Shown here: positions 37,601 to 51,071 of the stretch, piece after piece
How the letters are laid out: every line of letters starts with the position of its first letter
How positions within the stretch are numbered: position 1 is the first letter of the stretch
NCBI GenBank assembly: GCA_964016885.1
Contig: OZ024743.1
Coordinates: 233,988,001-234,052,000 of the forward strand
Source: Eledone cirrhosa
Lineage: Eukaryota
Direction: 5' to 3'
Length of the DNA: 64,000 bases
Program-made: the position numbers and the translations under genes
Notes under the pieces: generated by a model
The model's input: the letters and a program-made list of their open reading frames with translations, nothing else
Database searches by the model: none
Told to the model about the DNA's origin: nothing

Positions 37601-40600
37601 GGCAAATCGTCATTTTTGGATTCGTTTTCTTCGAAGCACACCATTCGCCGGCGGACTTTGTTGACGTTTAAGACGGTTTGGTTCCACAGCCACAACTATT
37701 GATTTTACGGAGATATCTTCCTGAAATTCACGCCACACATAGCCAATGAGTGTCTGCACATGTACCAGTAATTACAGATCGATCCGACCACGGGCGGCCG
37801 GCCCGCGATTGAAAAGGTAACTCCGCCGGCAAATCGTCATTTTTGGATTCGTTTTCTTCGAAGCACACCATTCGCCGGCTGACTTTGTTGACGTTTAACA
37901 CGGTTTGGTTCCACAGCCACAACTATTGATTTTACGGAGATATCTTGCTGAAATTCACGCCACACATAGCCAATGAGTGTCTGCACATGTACCAGTAATT
38001 ACAGATCGATCCGACCACGGGCGGCCGGCCCGCGATTGAAAAGGTAACTCCGCCGGCAAATCGTCATTTTTGGATTCGTTTTCTTCGAAGCACACCATTC
38101 GCCGGCGGACTTTGTTGACGTTTAACACGGTTTGGTTCCACAGCCACAACTATTGATTTTACGGAGATATCTTGCTGAAATTCACGCCACACATAGCCAA
38201 TGAGTGTCTGCACATGTACCAGTAATTACAGATCGATCCGACCACGGGCGGTCGGTTTGCGATTGAAAAGGTAACTCCGCCGGCAAATCGTCATTTTTGG
38301 ATTCGTTTTCTTCGAAGCACACCATTCGCCGGCGGACTTTGTTGACGTTTAACACGGTTTGGTTCCACAGCCACAACTATTGATTTTACGGAGATATCTT
38401 GCTGAAATTCACGCCACACATAGCCAATGAGTGTCTGCACATGTATCAGTAATTACAGATCGATCCGACCACGGGCGGCCGGCCCGCGATTGAAAAGGTA
38501 ACTCCGCCGGCAAATCGTCATTTTTGGATTCGTTTTCTTCGAAGCACACCATTCGCCGGCGGACTTTGTTGACGTTTAACACGGTTTGGTTCCACAGCCA
38601 CAACTATTGATTTTACGGAGATATCTTGCTGAAATTCACGCCACACATAGCCAATGAGTCTCTGCACATGTACCATTAATTACAGATCGATCCGACCACG
38701 GGCGGTCGGTTTGCGATTGAAAAGGTAACTCCGCCGGCAAATCGTCATTTTTGGATTCGTTTTCTTCGAAGCACACCATTCGCCGGCTGACTTTGTTGAC
38801 GTTTAACACGGTTTGGTTCCACAGCCACAACTATTGATTTTAAGGAGATATCTTGCTGAAATTCACGCCACACATAGCCAATGAGTGTCTGCACAGGTAC
38901 CAGTAATTACAGATCGATCCGACCACGGGCGGCCGGCCCGCGATTGAAAAGGTAACTCCGCCGGCAAATCGTCATTTTTGGATTCGTTTTCTTCGAAGCA
39001 CACCATTCGCCGGCGGACTTTGTTGACGTTTAACACGGTTTGGTTCCACAGCCACAACTATTGATTTTACGGAGATATCTTGCTGAAATTCACGCCACAC
39101 ATAGCCAATGAGTGTCTGCACATGTATCAGTAATTACAGATCGATCCGACCACGGGCGGCCGGCCCGCGATTGAAAAGGTAACTCCGCCGGCAAATCGTC
39201 ATTTTTGGATTCGTTTTCTTCGAAGCACACCATTCGCCGGCGGACTTTGTTGACGTTTAACACGGTTTGGTTCCACAGCCACAACTATTGATTTTACGGA
39301 GATATCTTGCTGAAATTCACGCCACACATAGCCAATGAGTCTCTGCACATGTACCATTAATTACAGATCGATCCGACCACGGGCGGTCGGTTTGCGATTG
39401 AAAAGGTAACTCCGCCGGCAAATCGTCATTTTTGGATTCGTTTTCTTCGAAGCACACCATTCGCCGGCGGACTTTGTTGACGTTTAAGACGGTTTGGTTC
39501 CACAGCCACAACTATTGATTTTACGGAGATATCTTCCTGAAATTCACGCCACACATAGCCAATGAGTGTCTGCACATGTACCAGTAATTACAGATCGATC
39601 CGACCACGGACGGCCGGTTTGCGATTGAAAAGGTAACTCCGCCGGCAAATCGTCATTTTTGGATTCGTTTTCTTCGAAGCACACCATTCGCCGGCGGACT
39701 TTGTTGACGTTTAAGACGGTTTGGTTCCACAGCCACAACTATTGATTTTACGGAGATATCTTCCTGAAATTCACGCCACACATAGCCAATGAGTGTCTGC
39801 ACATGTACCAGTAATTACAGATCGATCCGACCACGGGCGGCCGGCCCGCGATTGAAAAGGTAACTCCGCCGGCAAATCGTCATTTTTGGATTCGTTTTCT
39901 TCGAAGCACACCATTCGCCGGCTGACTTTGTTGACGTTTAACACGGTTTGGTTCCACAGCCACAACTATTGATTTTACGGAGATATCTTGCTGAAATTCA
40001 CGCCACACATAGCCAATGAGTGTCTGCACATGTACCAGTAATTACAGATCGATCCGACCACGGGCGGCCGGCCCGCGATTGAAAAGGTAACTCCGCCGGC
40101 AAATCGTCATTTTTGGATTCGTTTTCTTCGAAGCACACCATTCGCCGGCGGACTTTGTTGACGTTTAACACGGTTTGGTTCCACAGCCACAACTATTGAT
40201 TTTACGGAGATATCTTGCTGAAATTCACGCCACACATAGCCAATGAGTGTCTGCACATGTACCAGTAATTACAGATCGATCCGACCACGGGCGGTCGGTT
40301 TGCGATTGAAAAGGTAACTCCGCCGGCAAATCGTCATTTTTGGATTCGTTTTCTTCGAAGCACACCATTCGCCGGCGGACTTTGTTGACGTTTAACACGG
40401 TTTGGTTCCACAGCCACAACTATTGATTTTACGGAGATATCTTGCTGAAATTCACGCCACACATAGCCAATGAGTGTCTGCACATGTATCAGTAATTACA
40501 GATCGATCCGACCACGGGCGGCCGGCCCGCGATTGAAAAGGTAACTCCGCCGGCAAATCGTCATTTTTGGATTCGTTTTCTTCGAAGCACACCATTCGCC

Positions 40601-43600
40601 GGCGGACTTTGTTGACGTTTAACACGGTTTGGTTCCACAGCCACAACTATTGATTTTACGGAGATATCTTGCTGAAATTCACGCCACACATAGCCAATGA
40701 GTGTCTGCACATGTACCAGTAATTACAGATCGATCCGACCACGGGCGGCCGGCCCGCGATTGAAAAGGTAACTCCGCCGGCAAATCGTCATTTTTGGATT
40801 CGTTTTCTTCGAAGCACACCATTCGCCGGCGGACTTTGTTGACGTTTAACACGGTTTGGTTCCACAGCCACAACTATTGATTTTACGGAGATATCTTGCT
40901 GAAATTCACGCCACACATAGCCAATGAGTCTCTGCACATGTACCATTAATTACAGATCGATCCGACCACGGGCGGTCGGTTTGCGATTGAAAAGGTAACT
41001 CCGCCGGCAAATCGTCATTTTTGGATTCGTTTTCTTCGAAGCACACCATTCGCCGGCTGACTTTGTTGACGTTTAACACGGTTTGGTTCCACAGCCACAA
41101 CTATTGATTTTAAGGAGATATCTTGCTGAAATTCACGCCACACATAGCCAATGAGTGTCTGCACAGGTACCAGTAATTACAGATCGATCCGACCACGGGC
41201 GGCCGGCCCGCGATTGAAAAGGTAACTCCGCCGGCAAATCGTCATTTTTGGATTCGTTTTCTTCGAAGCACACCATTCGCCGGCGGACTTTGTTGACGTT
41301 TAACACGGTTTGGTTCCACAGCCACAACTATTGATTTTACGGAGATATCTTGCTGAAATTCACGCCACACATAGCCAATGAGTGTCTGCACATGTACCAG
41401 TAATTACAGATCGATCCGACCACGGGCGGCCGGCCCGCGATTGAAAAGGTAACTCCGCCGGCAAATCGTCATTTTTGGATTCGTTTTCTTCGAAGCACAC
41501 CATTCGCCGGCGGACTTTGTTGACGTTTAACACGGTTTGGTTCCACAGCCACAACTATTGATTTTACGGAGATATCTTGCTGAAATTCACGCCACACATA
41601 GCCAATGAGTGTCTGCACATGTACCAGTAATTACAGATCGATCCGACCACGGGCGGCCGGCCCGCGATTGAAAAGGTAACTCCGCCGGCAAATCGTCATT
41701 TTTGGATTCGTTTTCTTCGAAGCACACCATTCGCCGGCGGACTTTGTTGACGTTTAACACGGTTTGGTTCCACAGCCACAACTATTGATTTTACGGAGAT
41801 ATCTTGCTGAAATTCACGCCACACATAGCCAATGAGTCTCTGCACATGTACCAGTAATTACAGATCGATCCGACCACGGGCGGTGGGTTTGCGATTGAAA
41901 AGGTAACTCCGCCGGCAAATCGTCATTTTTGGATTCGTTTTCTTCGAAGCACACCATTCGCCGGCTGACTTTGTTGACGTTTAACACGGTTTGGTTCAAC
42001 AGCCACAACTATTGATTTTAAGGAGATATCTTGCTGAAATTCACGCCACACATAGCCAATGAGTGTCTGCACAGGTACCAGTAATTACAGATCGATCCGA
42101 CCACGGGCGGCCGGCCCGCGATTGAAAAGGTAACTCCGCCGGCAAATCGTCATTTTTGGATTCGTTTTCTTCGAAGCACACCATTCGCCGGCGGACTTTG
42201 TTGACGTTTAACACGGTTTGGTTCCACAGCCACAACTATTGATTTTACGGAGATATCTTGCTGAAATTCACGCCACACATAGCCAATGAGTCTCTGCACA
42301 TGTACCAGTAATTACAGATCGATCCGACCACGGGCGGTCGGTTTGCGATTGAAAAGGTAACTCCGCCGGCAAATCGTCATTTTTGGATTCGTTTTCTTCG
42401 AAGCACACCATTCGCCGGCGGACTTTGTTGACGTTTAAGACGGTTTGGTTCCACAGCCACAACTATTGATTTTACGGAGATATCTTCCTGAAATTCACGC
42501 CACACATAGCCAATGAGTGTCTGCACATGTACCAGTAATTACAGATCGATCCGACCACGGACGGCCGGTTTGCGATTGAAAAGGTAACTCCGCCGGCAAA
42601 TCGTCATTTTTGGATTCGTTTTCTTCGAAGCACACCATTCGCCGGCGGACTTTGTTGACGTTTAAGACGGTTTGGTTCCACAGCCACAACTATTGATTTT
42701 ACGGAGATATCTTCCTGAAATTCACGCCACACATAGCCAATGAGTGTCTGCACATGTACCAGTAATTACAGATCGATCCGACCACGGGCGGCCGGCCCGC
42801 GATTGAAAAGGTAACTCCGCCGGCAAATCGTCATTTTTGGATTCGTTTTCTTCGAAGCACACCATTCGCCGGCTGACTTTGTTGACGTTTAACACGGTTT
42901 GGTTCCACAGCCACAACTATTGATTTTACGGAGATATCTTGCTGAAATTCACGCCACACATAGCCAATGAGTGTCTGCACATGTACCAGTAATTACAGAT
43001 CGATCCGACCACGGGCGGCCGGCCCGCGATTGAAAAGGTAACTCCGCCGGCAAATCGTCATTTTTGGATTCGTTTTCTTCGAAGCACACCATTCGCCGGC
43101 GGACTTTGTTGACGTTTAACACGGTTTGGTTCCACAGCCACAACTATTGATTTTACGGAGATATCTTGCTGAAATTCACGCCACACATAGCCAATGAGTG
43201 TCTGCACATGTACCAGTAATTACAGATCGATCCGACCACGGGCGGTCGGTTTGCGATTGAAAAGGTAACTCCGCCGGCAAATCGTCATTTTTGGATTCGT
43301 TTTCTTCGAAGCACACCATTCGCCGGCGGACTTTGTTGACGTTTAACACGGTTTGGTTCCACAGCCACAACTATTGATTTTACGGAGATATCTTGCTGAA
43401 ATTCACGCCACACATAGCCAATGAGTGTCTGCACATGTATCAGTAATTACAGATCGATCCGACCACGGGCGGCCGGCCCGCGATTGAAAAGGTAACTCCG
43501 CCGGCAAATCGTCATTTTTGGATTCGTTTTCTTCGAAGCACACCATTCGCCGGCGGACTTTGTTGACGTTTAACACGGTTTGGTTCCACAGCCACAACTA

Positions 43601-46600
43601 TTGATTTTACGGAGATATCTTGCTGAAATTCACGCCACACATAGCCAATGAGTGTCTGCACATGTACCAGTAATTACAGATCGATCCGACCACGGGCGGC
43701 CGGCCCGCGATTGAAAAGGTAACTCCGCCGGCAAATCGTCATTTTTGGATTCGTTTTCTTCGAAGCACACCATTCGCCGGCGGACTTTGTTGACGTTTAA
43801 CACGGTTTGGTTCCACAGCCACAACTATTGATTTTACGGAGATATCTTGCTGAAATTCACGCCACACATAGCCAATGAGTCTCTGCACATGTACCATTAA
43901 TTACAGATCGATCCGACCACGGGCGGTCGGTTTGCGATTGAAAAGGTAACTCCGCCGGCAAATCGTCATTTTTGGATTCGTTTTCTTCGAAGCACACCAT
44001 TCGCCGGCGGACTTTGTTGACGTTTAAGACGGTTTGGTTCCACAGCCACAACTATTGATTTTACGGAGATATCTTCCTGAAATTCACGCCACACATAGCC
44101 AATGAGTGTCTGCACATGTACCAGTAATTACAGATCGATCCGACCACGGACGGCCGGTTTGCGATTGAAAAGGTAACTCCGCCGGCAAATCGTCATTTTT
44201 GGATTCGTTTTCTTCGAAGCACACCATTCGCCGGCGGACTTTGTTGACGTTTAAGACGGTTTGGTTCCACAGCCACAACTATTGATTTTACGGAGATATC
44301 TTCCTGAAATTCACGCCACACATAGCCAATGAGTGTCTGCACATGTACCAGTAATTACAGATCGATCCGACCACGGGCGGCCGGCCCGCGATTGAAAAGG
44401 TAACTCCGCCGGCAAATCGTCATTTTTGGATTCGTTTTCTTCGAAGCACACCATTCGCCGGCTGACTTTGTTGACGTTTAACACGGTTTGGTTCCACAGC
44501 CACAACTATTGATTTTACGGAGATATCTTGCTGAAATTCACGCCACACATAGCCAATGAGTGTCTGCACATGTACCAGTAATTACAGATCGATCCGACCA
44601 CGGGCGGCCGGCCCGCGATTGAAAAGGTAACTCCGCCGGCAAATCGTCATTTTTGGATTCGTTTTCTTCGAAGCACACCATTCGCCGGCGGACTTTGTTG
44701 ACGTTTAACACGGTTTGGTTCCACAGCCACAACTATTGATTTTACGGAGATATCTTGCTGAAATTCACGCCACACATAGCCAATGAGTGTCTGCACATGT
44801 ACCAGTAATTACAGATCGATCCGACCACGGGCGGTCGGTTTGCGATTGAAAAGGTAACTCCGCCGGCAAATCGTCATTTTTGGATTCGTTTTCTTCGAAG
44901 CACACCATTCGCCGGCGGACTTTGTTGACGTTTAACACGGTTTGGTTCCACAGCCACAACTATTGATTTTACGGAGATATCTTGCTGAAATTCACGCCAC
45001 ACATAGCCAATGAGTGTCTGCACATGTATCAGTAATTACAGATCGATCCGACCACGGGCGGCCGGCCCGCGATTGAAAAGGTAACTCCGCCGGCAAATCG
45101 TCATTTTTGGATTCGTTTTCTTCGAAGCACACCATTCGCCGGCGGACTTTGTTGACGTTTAACACGGTTTGGTTCCACAGCCACAACTATTGATTTTACG
45201 GAGATATCTTGCTGAAATTCACGCCACACATAGCCAATGAGTCTCTGCACATGTACCATTAATTACAGATCGATCCGACCACGGGCGGTCGGTTTGCGAT
45301 TGAAAAGGTAACTCCGCCGGCAAATCGTCATTTTTGGATTCGTTTTCTTCGAAGCACACCATTCGCCGGCGGACTTTGTTGACGTTTAAGACGGTTTGGT
45401 TCCACAGCCACAACTATTGATTTTACGGAGATATCTTCCTGAAATTCACGCCACACATAGCCAATGAGTGTCTGCACATGTACCAGTAATTACAGATCGA
45501 TCCGACCACGGACGGCCGGTTTGCGATTGAAAAGGTAACTCCGCCGGCAAATCGTCATTTTTGGATTCGTTTTCTTCGAAGCACACCATTCGCCGGCGGA
45601 CTTTGTTGACGTTTAAGACGGTTTGGTTCCACAGCCACAACTATTGATTTTACGGAGATATCTTCCTGAAATTCACGCCACACATAGCCAATGAGTGTCT
45701 GCACATGTACCAGTAATTACAGATCGATCCGACCACGGGCGGCCGGCCCGCGATTGAAAAGGTAACTCCGCCGGCAAATCGTCATTTTTGGATTCGTTTT
45801 CTTCGAAGCACACCATTCGCCGGCTGACTTTGTTGACGTTTAACACGGTTTGGTTCCACAGCCACAACTATTGATTTTACGGAGATATCTTGCTGAAATT
45901 CACGCCACACATAGCCAATGAGTGTCTGCACATGTACCAGTAATTACAGATCGATCCGACCACGGGCGGCCGGCCCGCGATTGAAAAGGTAACTCCGCCG
46001 GCAAATCGTCATTTTTGGATTCGTTTTCTTCGAAGCACACCATTCGCCGGCGGACTTTGTTGACGTTTAACACGGTTTGGTTCCACAGCCACAACTATTG
46101 ATTTTACGGAGATATCTTGCTGAAATTCACGCCACACATAGCCAATGAGTGTCTGCACATGTACCAGTAATTACAGATCGATCCGACCACGGGCGGTCGG
46201 TTTGCGATTGAAAAGGTAACTCCGCCGGCAAATCGTCATTTTTGGATTCGTTTTCTTCGAAGCACACCATTCGCCGGCGGACTTTGTTGACGTTTAACAC
46301 GGTTTGGTTCCACAGCCACAACTATTGATTTTACGGAGATATCTTGCTGAAATTCACGCCACACATAGCCAATGAGTGTCTGCACATGTATCAGTAATTA
46401 CAGATCGATCCGACCACGGGCGGCCGGCCCGCGATTGAAAAGGTAACTCCGCCGGCAAATCGTCATTTTTGGATTCGTTTTCTTCGAAGCACACCATTCG
46501 CCGGCGGACTTTGTTGACGTTTAACACGGTTTGGTTCCACAGCCACAACTATTGATTTTACGGAGATATCTTGCTGAAATTCACGCCACACATAGCCAAT

Positions 46601-48640
46601 GAGTCTCTGCACATGTACCATTAATTACAGATCGATCCGACCACGGGCGGTCGGTTTGCGATTGAAAAGGTAACTCCGCCGGCAAATCGTCATTTTTGGA
46701 TTCGTTTTCTTCGAAGCACACCATTCGCCGGCTGACTTTGTTGACGTTTAACACGGTTTGGTTCCACAGCCACAACTATTGATTTTAAGGAGATATCTTG
46801 CTGAAATTCACGCCACACATAGCCAATGAGTGTCTGCACAGGTACCAGTAATTACAGATCGATCCGACCACGGGCGGCCGGCCCGCGATTGAAAAGGTAA
46901 CTCCGCCGGCAAATCGTCATTTTTGGATTCGTTTTCTTCGAAGCACACCATTCGCCGGCGGACTTTGTTGACGTTTAACACGGTTTGGTTCCACAGCCAC
47001 AACTATTGATTTTACGGAGATATCTTGCTGAAATTCACGCCACACATAGCCAATGAGTGTCTGCACATGTATCAGTAATTACAGATCGATCCGACCACGG
47101 GCGGCCGGCCCGCGATTGAAAAGGTAACTCCGCCGGCAAATCGTCATTTTTGGATTCGTTTTCTTCGAAGCACACCATTCGCCGGCGGACTTTGTTGACG
47201 TTTAACACGGTTTGGTTCCACAGCCACAACTATTGATTTTACGGAGATATCTTGCTGAAATTCACGCCACACATAGCCAATGAGTCTCTGCACATGTACC
47301 ATTAATTACAGATCGATCCGACCACGGGCGGTCGGTTTGCGATTGAAAAGGTAACTCCGCCGGCAAATCGTCATTTTTGGATTCGTTTTCTTCGAAGCAC
47401 ACCATTCGCCGGCGGACTTTGTTGACGTTTAAGACGGTTTGGTTCCACAGCCACAACTATTGATTTTACGGAGATATCTTCCTGAAATTCACGCCACACA
47501 TAGCCAATGAGTGTCTGCACATGTACCAGTAATTACAGATCGATCCGACCACGGACGGCCGGTTTGCGATTGAAAAGGTAACTCCGCCGGCAAATCGTCA
47601 TTTTTGGATTCGTTTTCTTCGAAGCACACCATTCGCCGGCGGACTTTGTTGACGTTTAAGACGGTTTGGTTCCACAGCCACAACTATTGATTTTACGGAG
47701 ATATCTTCCTGAAATTCACGCCACACATAGCCAATGAGTGTCTGCACATGTACCAGTAATTACAGATCGATCCGACCACGGGCGGCCGGCCCGCGATTGA
47801 AAAGGTAACTCCGCCGGCAAATCGTCATTTTTGGATTCGTTTTCTTCGAAGCACACCATTCGCCGGCTGACTTTGTTGACGTTTAACACGGTTTGGTTCC
47901 ACAGCCACAACTATTGATTTTACGGAGATATCTTGCTGAAATTCACGCCACACATAGCCAATGAGTGTCTGCACATGTACCAGTAATTACAGATCGATCC
48001 GACCACGGGCGGCCGGCCCGCGATTGAAAAGGTAACTCCGCCGGCAAATCGTCATTTTTGGATTCGTTTTCTTCGAAGCACACCATTCGCCGGCGGACTT
48101 TGTTGACGTTTAACACGGTTTGGTTCCACAGCCACAACTATTGATTTTACGGAGATATCTTGCTGAAATTCACGCCACACATAGCCAATGAGTGTCTGCA
48201 CATGTACCAGTAATTACAGATCGATCCGACCACGGGCGGTCGGTTTGCGATTGAAAAGGTAACTCCGCCGGCAAATCGTCATTTTTGGATTCGTTTTCTT
48301 CGAAGCACACCATTCGCCGGCGGACTTTGTTGACGTTTAACACGGTTTGGTTCCACAGCCACAACTATTGATTTTACGGAGATATCTTGCTGAAATTCAC
48401 GCCACACATAGCCAATGAGTGTCTGCACATGTATCAGTAATTACAGATCGATCCGACCACGGGCGGCCGGCCCGCGATTGAAAAGGTAACTCCGCCGGCA
48501 AATCGTCATTTTTGGATTCGTTTTCTTCGAAGCACACCATTCGCCGGCGGACTTTGTTGACGTTTAACACGGTTTGGTTCCACAGCCACAACTATTGATT
48601 TTACGGAGATATCTTGCTGAAATTCACGCCACACATAGCC
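31670..48640 (+). repeat. 35-monomer (7945 bp) tandem duplication, about 2.1 copies
   Basis: The rare GGTGGGTTT + GGTTCAAC monomer sits at ORF starts 33869 and 41814 (35x227 apart). Monomer types match from 31826/39771 to 40452/48397 and then diverge. Confidence 0.9.
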
Positions 48641-51071
48641 AATGAGTCTCTGCACATGTACCATTAATTACAGATCGATCCGACCACGGGCGGTCGGTTT
48701 GCGATTGAAAAGGTAACTCCGCCGGCAAATCGTCATTTTTGGATTCGTTTTCTTCGAAGCACACCATTCGCCGGCTGACTTTGTTGACGTTTAACACGGT
48801 TTGGTTCCACAGCCACAACTATTGATTTTAAGGAGATATCTTGCTGAAATTCACGCCACACATAGCCAATGAGTGTCTGCACAGGTACCAGTAATTACAG
48901 ATCGATCCGACCACGGGCGGCCGGCCCGCGATTGAAAAGGTAACTCCGCCGGCAAATCGTCATTTTTGGATTCGTTTTCTTCGAAGCACACCATTCGCCG
49001 GCGGACTTTGTTGACGTTTAACACGGTTTGGTTCCACAGCCACAACTATTGATTTTACGGAGATATCTTGCTGAAATTCACGCCACACATAGCCAATGAG
49101 TGTCTGCACATGTATCAGTAATTACAGATCGATCCGACCACGGGCGGCCGGCCCGCGATTGAAAAGGTAACTCCGCCGGCAAATCGTCATTTTTGGATTC
49201 GTTTTCTTCGAAGCACACCATTCGCCGGCGGACTTTGTTGACGTTTAACACGGTTTGGTTCCACAGCCACAACTATTGATTTTACGGAGATATCTTGCTG
49301 AAATTCACGCCACACATAGCCAATGAGTCTCTGCACATGTACCATTAATTACAGATCGATCCGACCACGGGCGGTCGGTTTGCGATTGAAAAGGTAACTC
49401 CGCCGGCAAATCGTCATTTTTGGATTCGTTTTCTTCGAAGCACACCATTCGCCGGCGGACTTTGTTGACGTTTAAGACGGTTTGGTTCCACAGCCACAAC
49501 TATTGATTTTACGGAGATATCTTCCTGAAATTCACGCCACACATAGCCAATGAGTGTCTGCACATGTACCAGTAATTACAGATCGATCCGACCACGGACG
49601 GCCGGTTTGCGATTGAAAAGGTAACTCCGCCGGCAAATCGTCATTTTTGGATTCGTTTTCTTCGAAGCACACCATTCGCCGGCGGACTTTGTTGACGTTT
49701 AAGACGGTTTGGTTCCACAGCCACAACTATTGATTTTACGGAGATATCTTCCTGAAATTCACGCCACACATAGCCAATGAGTGTCTGCACATGTACCAGT
49801 AATTACAGATCGATCCGACCACGGGCGGCCGGCCCGCGATTGAAAAGGTAACTCCGCCGGCAAATCGTCATTTTTGGATTCGTTTTCTTCGAAGCACACC
49901 ATTCGCCGGCTGACTTTGTTGACGTTTAACACGGTTTGGTTCCACAGCCACAACTATTGATTTTACGGAGATATCTTGCTGAAATTCACGCCACACATAG
50001 CCAATGAGTGTCTGCACATGTACCAGTAATTACAGATCGATCCGACCACGGGCGGCCGGCCCGCGATTGAAAAGGTAACTCCGCCGGCAAATCGTCATTT
50101 TTGGATTCGTTTTCTTCGAAGCACACCATTCGCCGGCGGACTTTGTTGACGTTTAACACGGTTTGGTTCCACAGCCACAACTATTGATTTTACGGAGATA
50201 TCTTGCTGAAATTCACGCCACACATAGCCAATGAGTGTCTGCACATGTACCAGTAATTACAGATCGATCCGACCACGGGCGGTCGGTTTGCGATTGAAAA
50301 GGTAACTCCGCCGGCAAATCGTCATTTTTGGATTCGTTTTCTTCGAAGCACACCATTCGCCGGCGGACTTTGTTGACGTTTAACACGGTTTGGTTCCACA
50401 GCCACAACTATTGATTTTACGGAGATATCTTGCTGAAATTCACGCCACACATAGCCAATGAGTGTCTGCACATGTATCAGTAATTACAGATCGATCCGAC
50501 CACGGGCGGCCGGCCCGCGATTGAAAAGGTAACTCCGCCGGCAAATCGTCATTTTTGGATTCGTTTTCTTCGAAGCACACCATTCGCCGGCGGACTTTGT
50601 TGACGTTTAACACGGTTTGGTTCCACAGCCACAACTATTGATTTTACGGAGATATCTTGCTGAAATTCACGCCACACATAGCCAATGAGTCTCTGCACAT
50701 GTACCATTAATTACAGATCGATCCGACCACGGGCGGTCGGTTTGCGATTGAAAAGGTAACTCCGCCGGCAAATCGTCATTTTTGGATTCGTTTTCTTCGA
50801 AGCACACCATTCGCCGGCTGACTTTGTTGACGTTTAACACGGTTTGGTTCCACAGCCACAACTATTGATTTTAAGGAGATATCTTGCTGAAATTCACGCC
50901 ACACATAGCCAATGAGTGTCTGCACAGGTACCAGTAATTACAGATCGATCCGACCACGGGCGGCCGGCCCGCGATTGAAAAGGTAACTCCGCCGGCAAAT
51001 CGTCATTTTTGGATTCGTTTTCTTCGAAGCACACCATTCGCCGGCGGACTTTGTTGACGTTTAACACGGTT
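44943..51071 (+). repeat. Three tandem copies of a 9-monomer higher-order unit (2043 bp)
   Basis: The same nine-type order begins at ORF starts 44992, 47035 and 49078. Confidence 0.88.
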
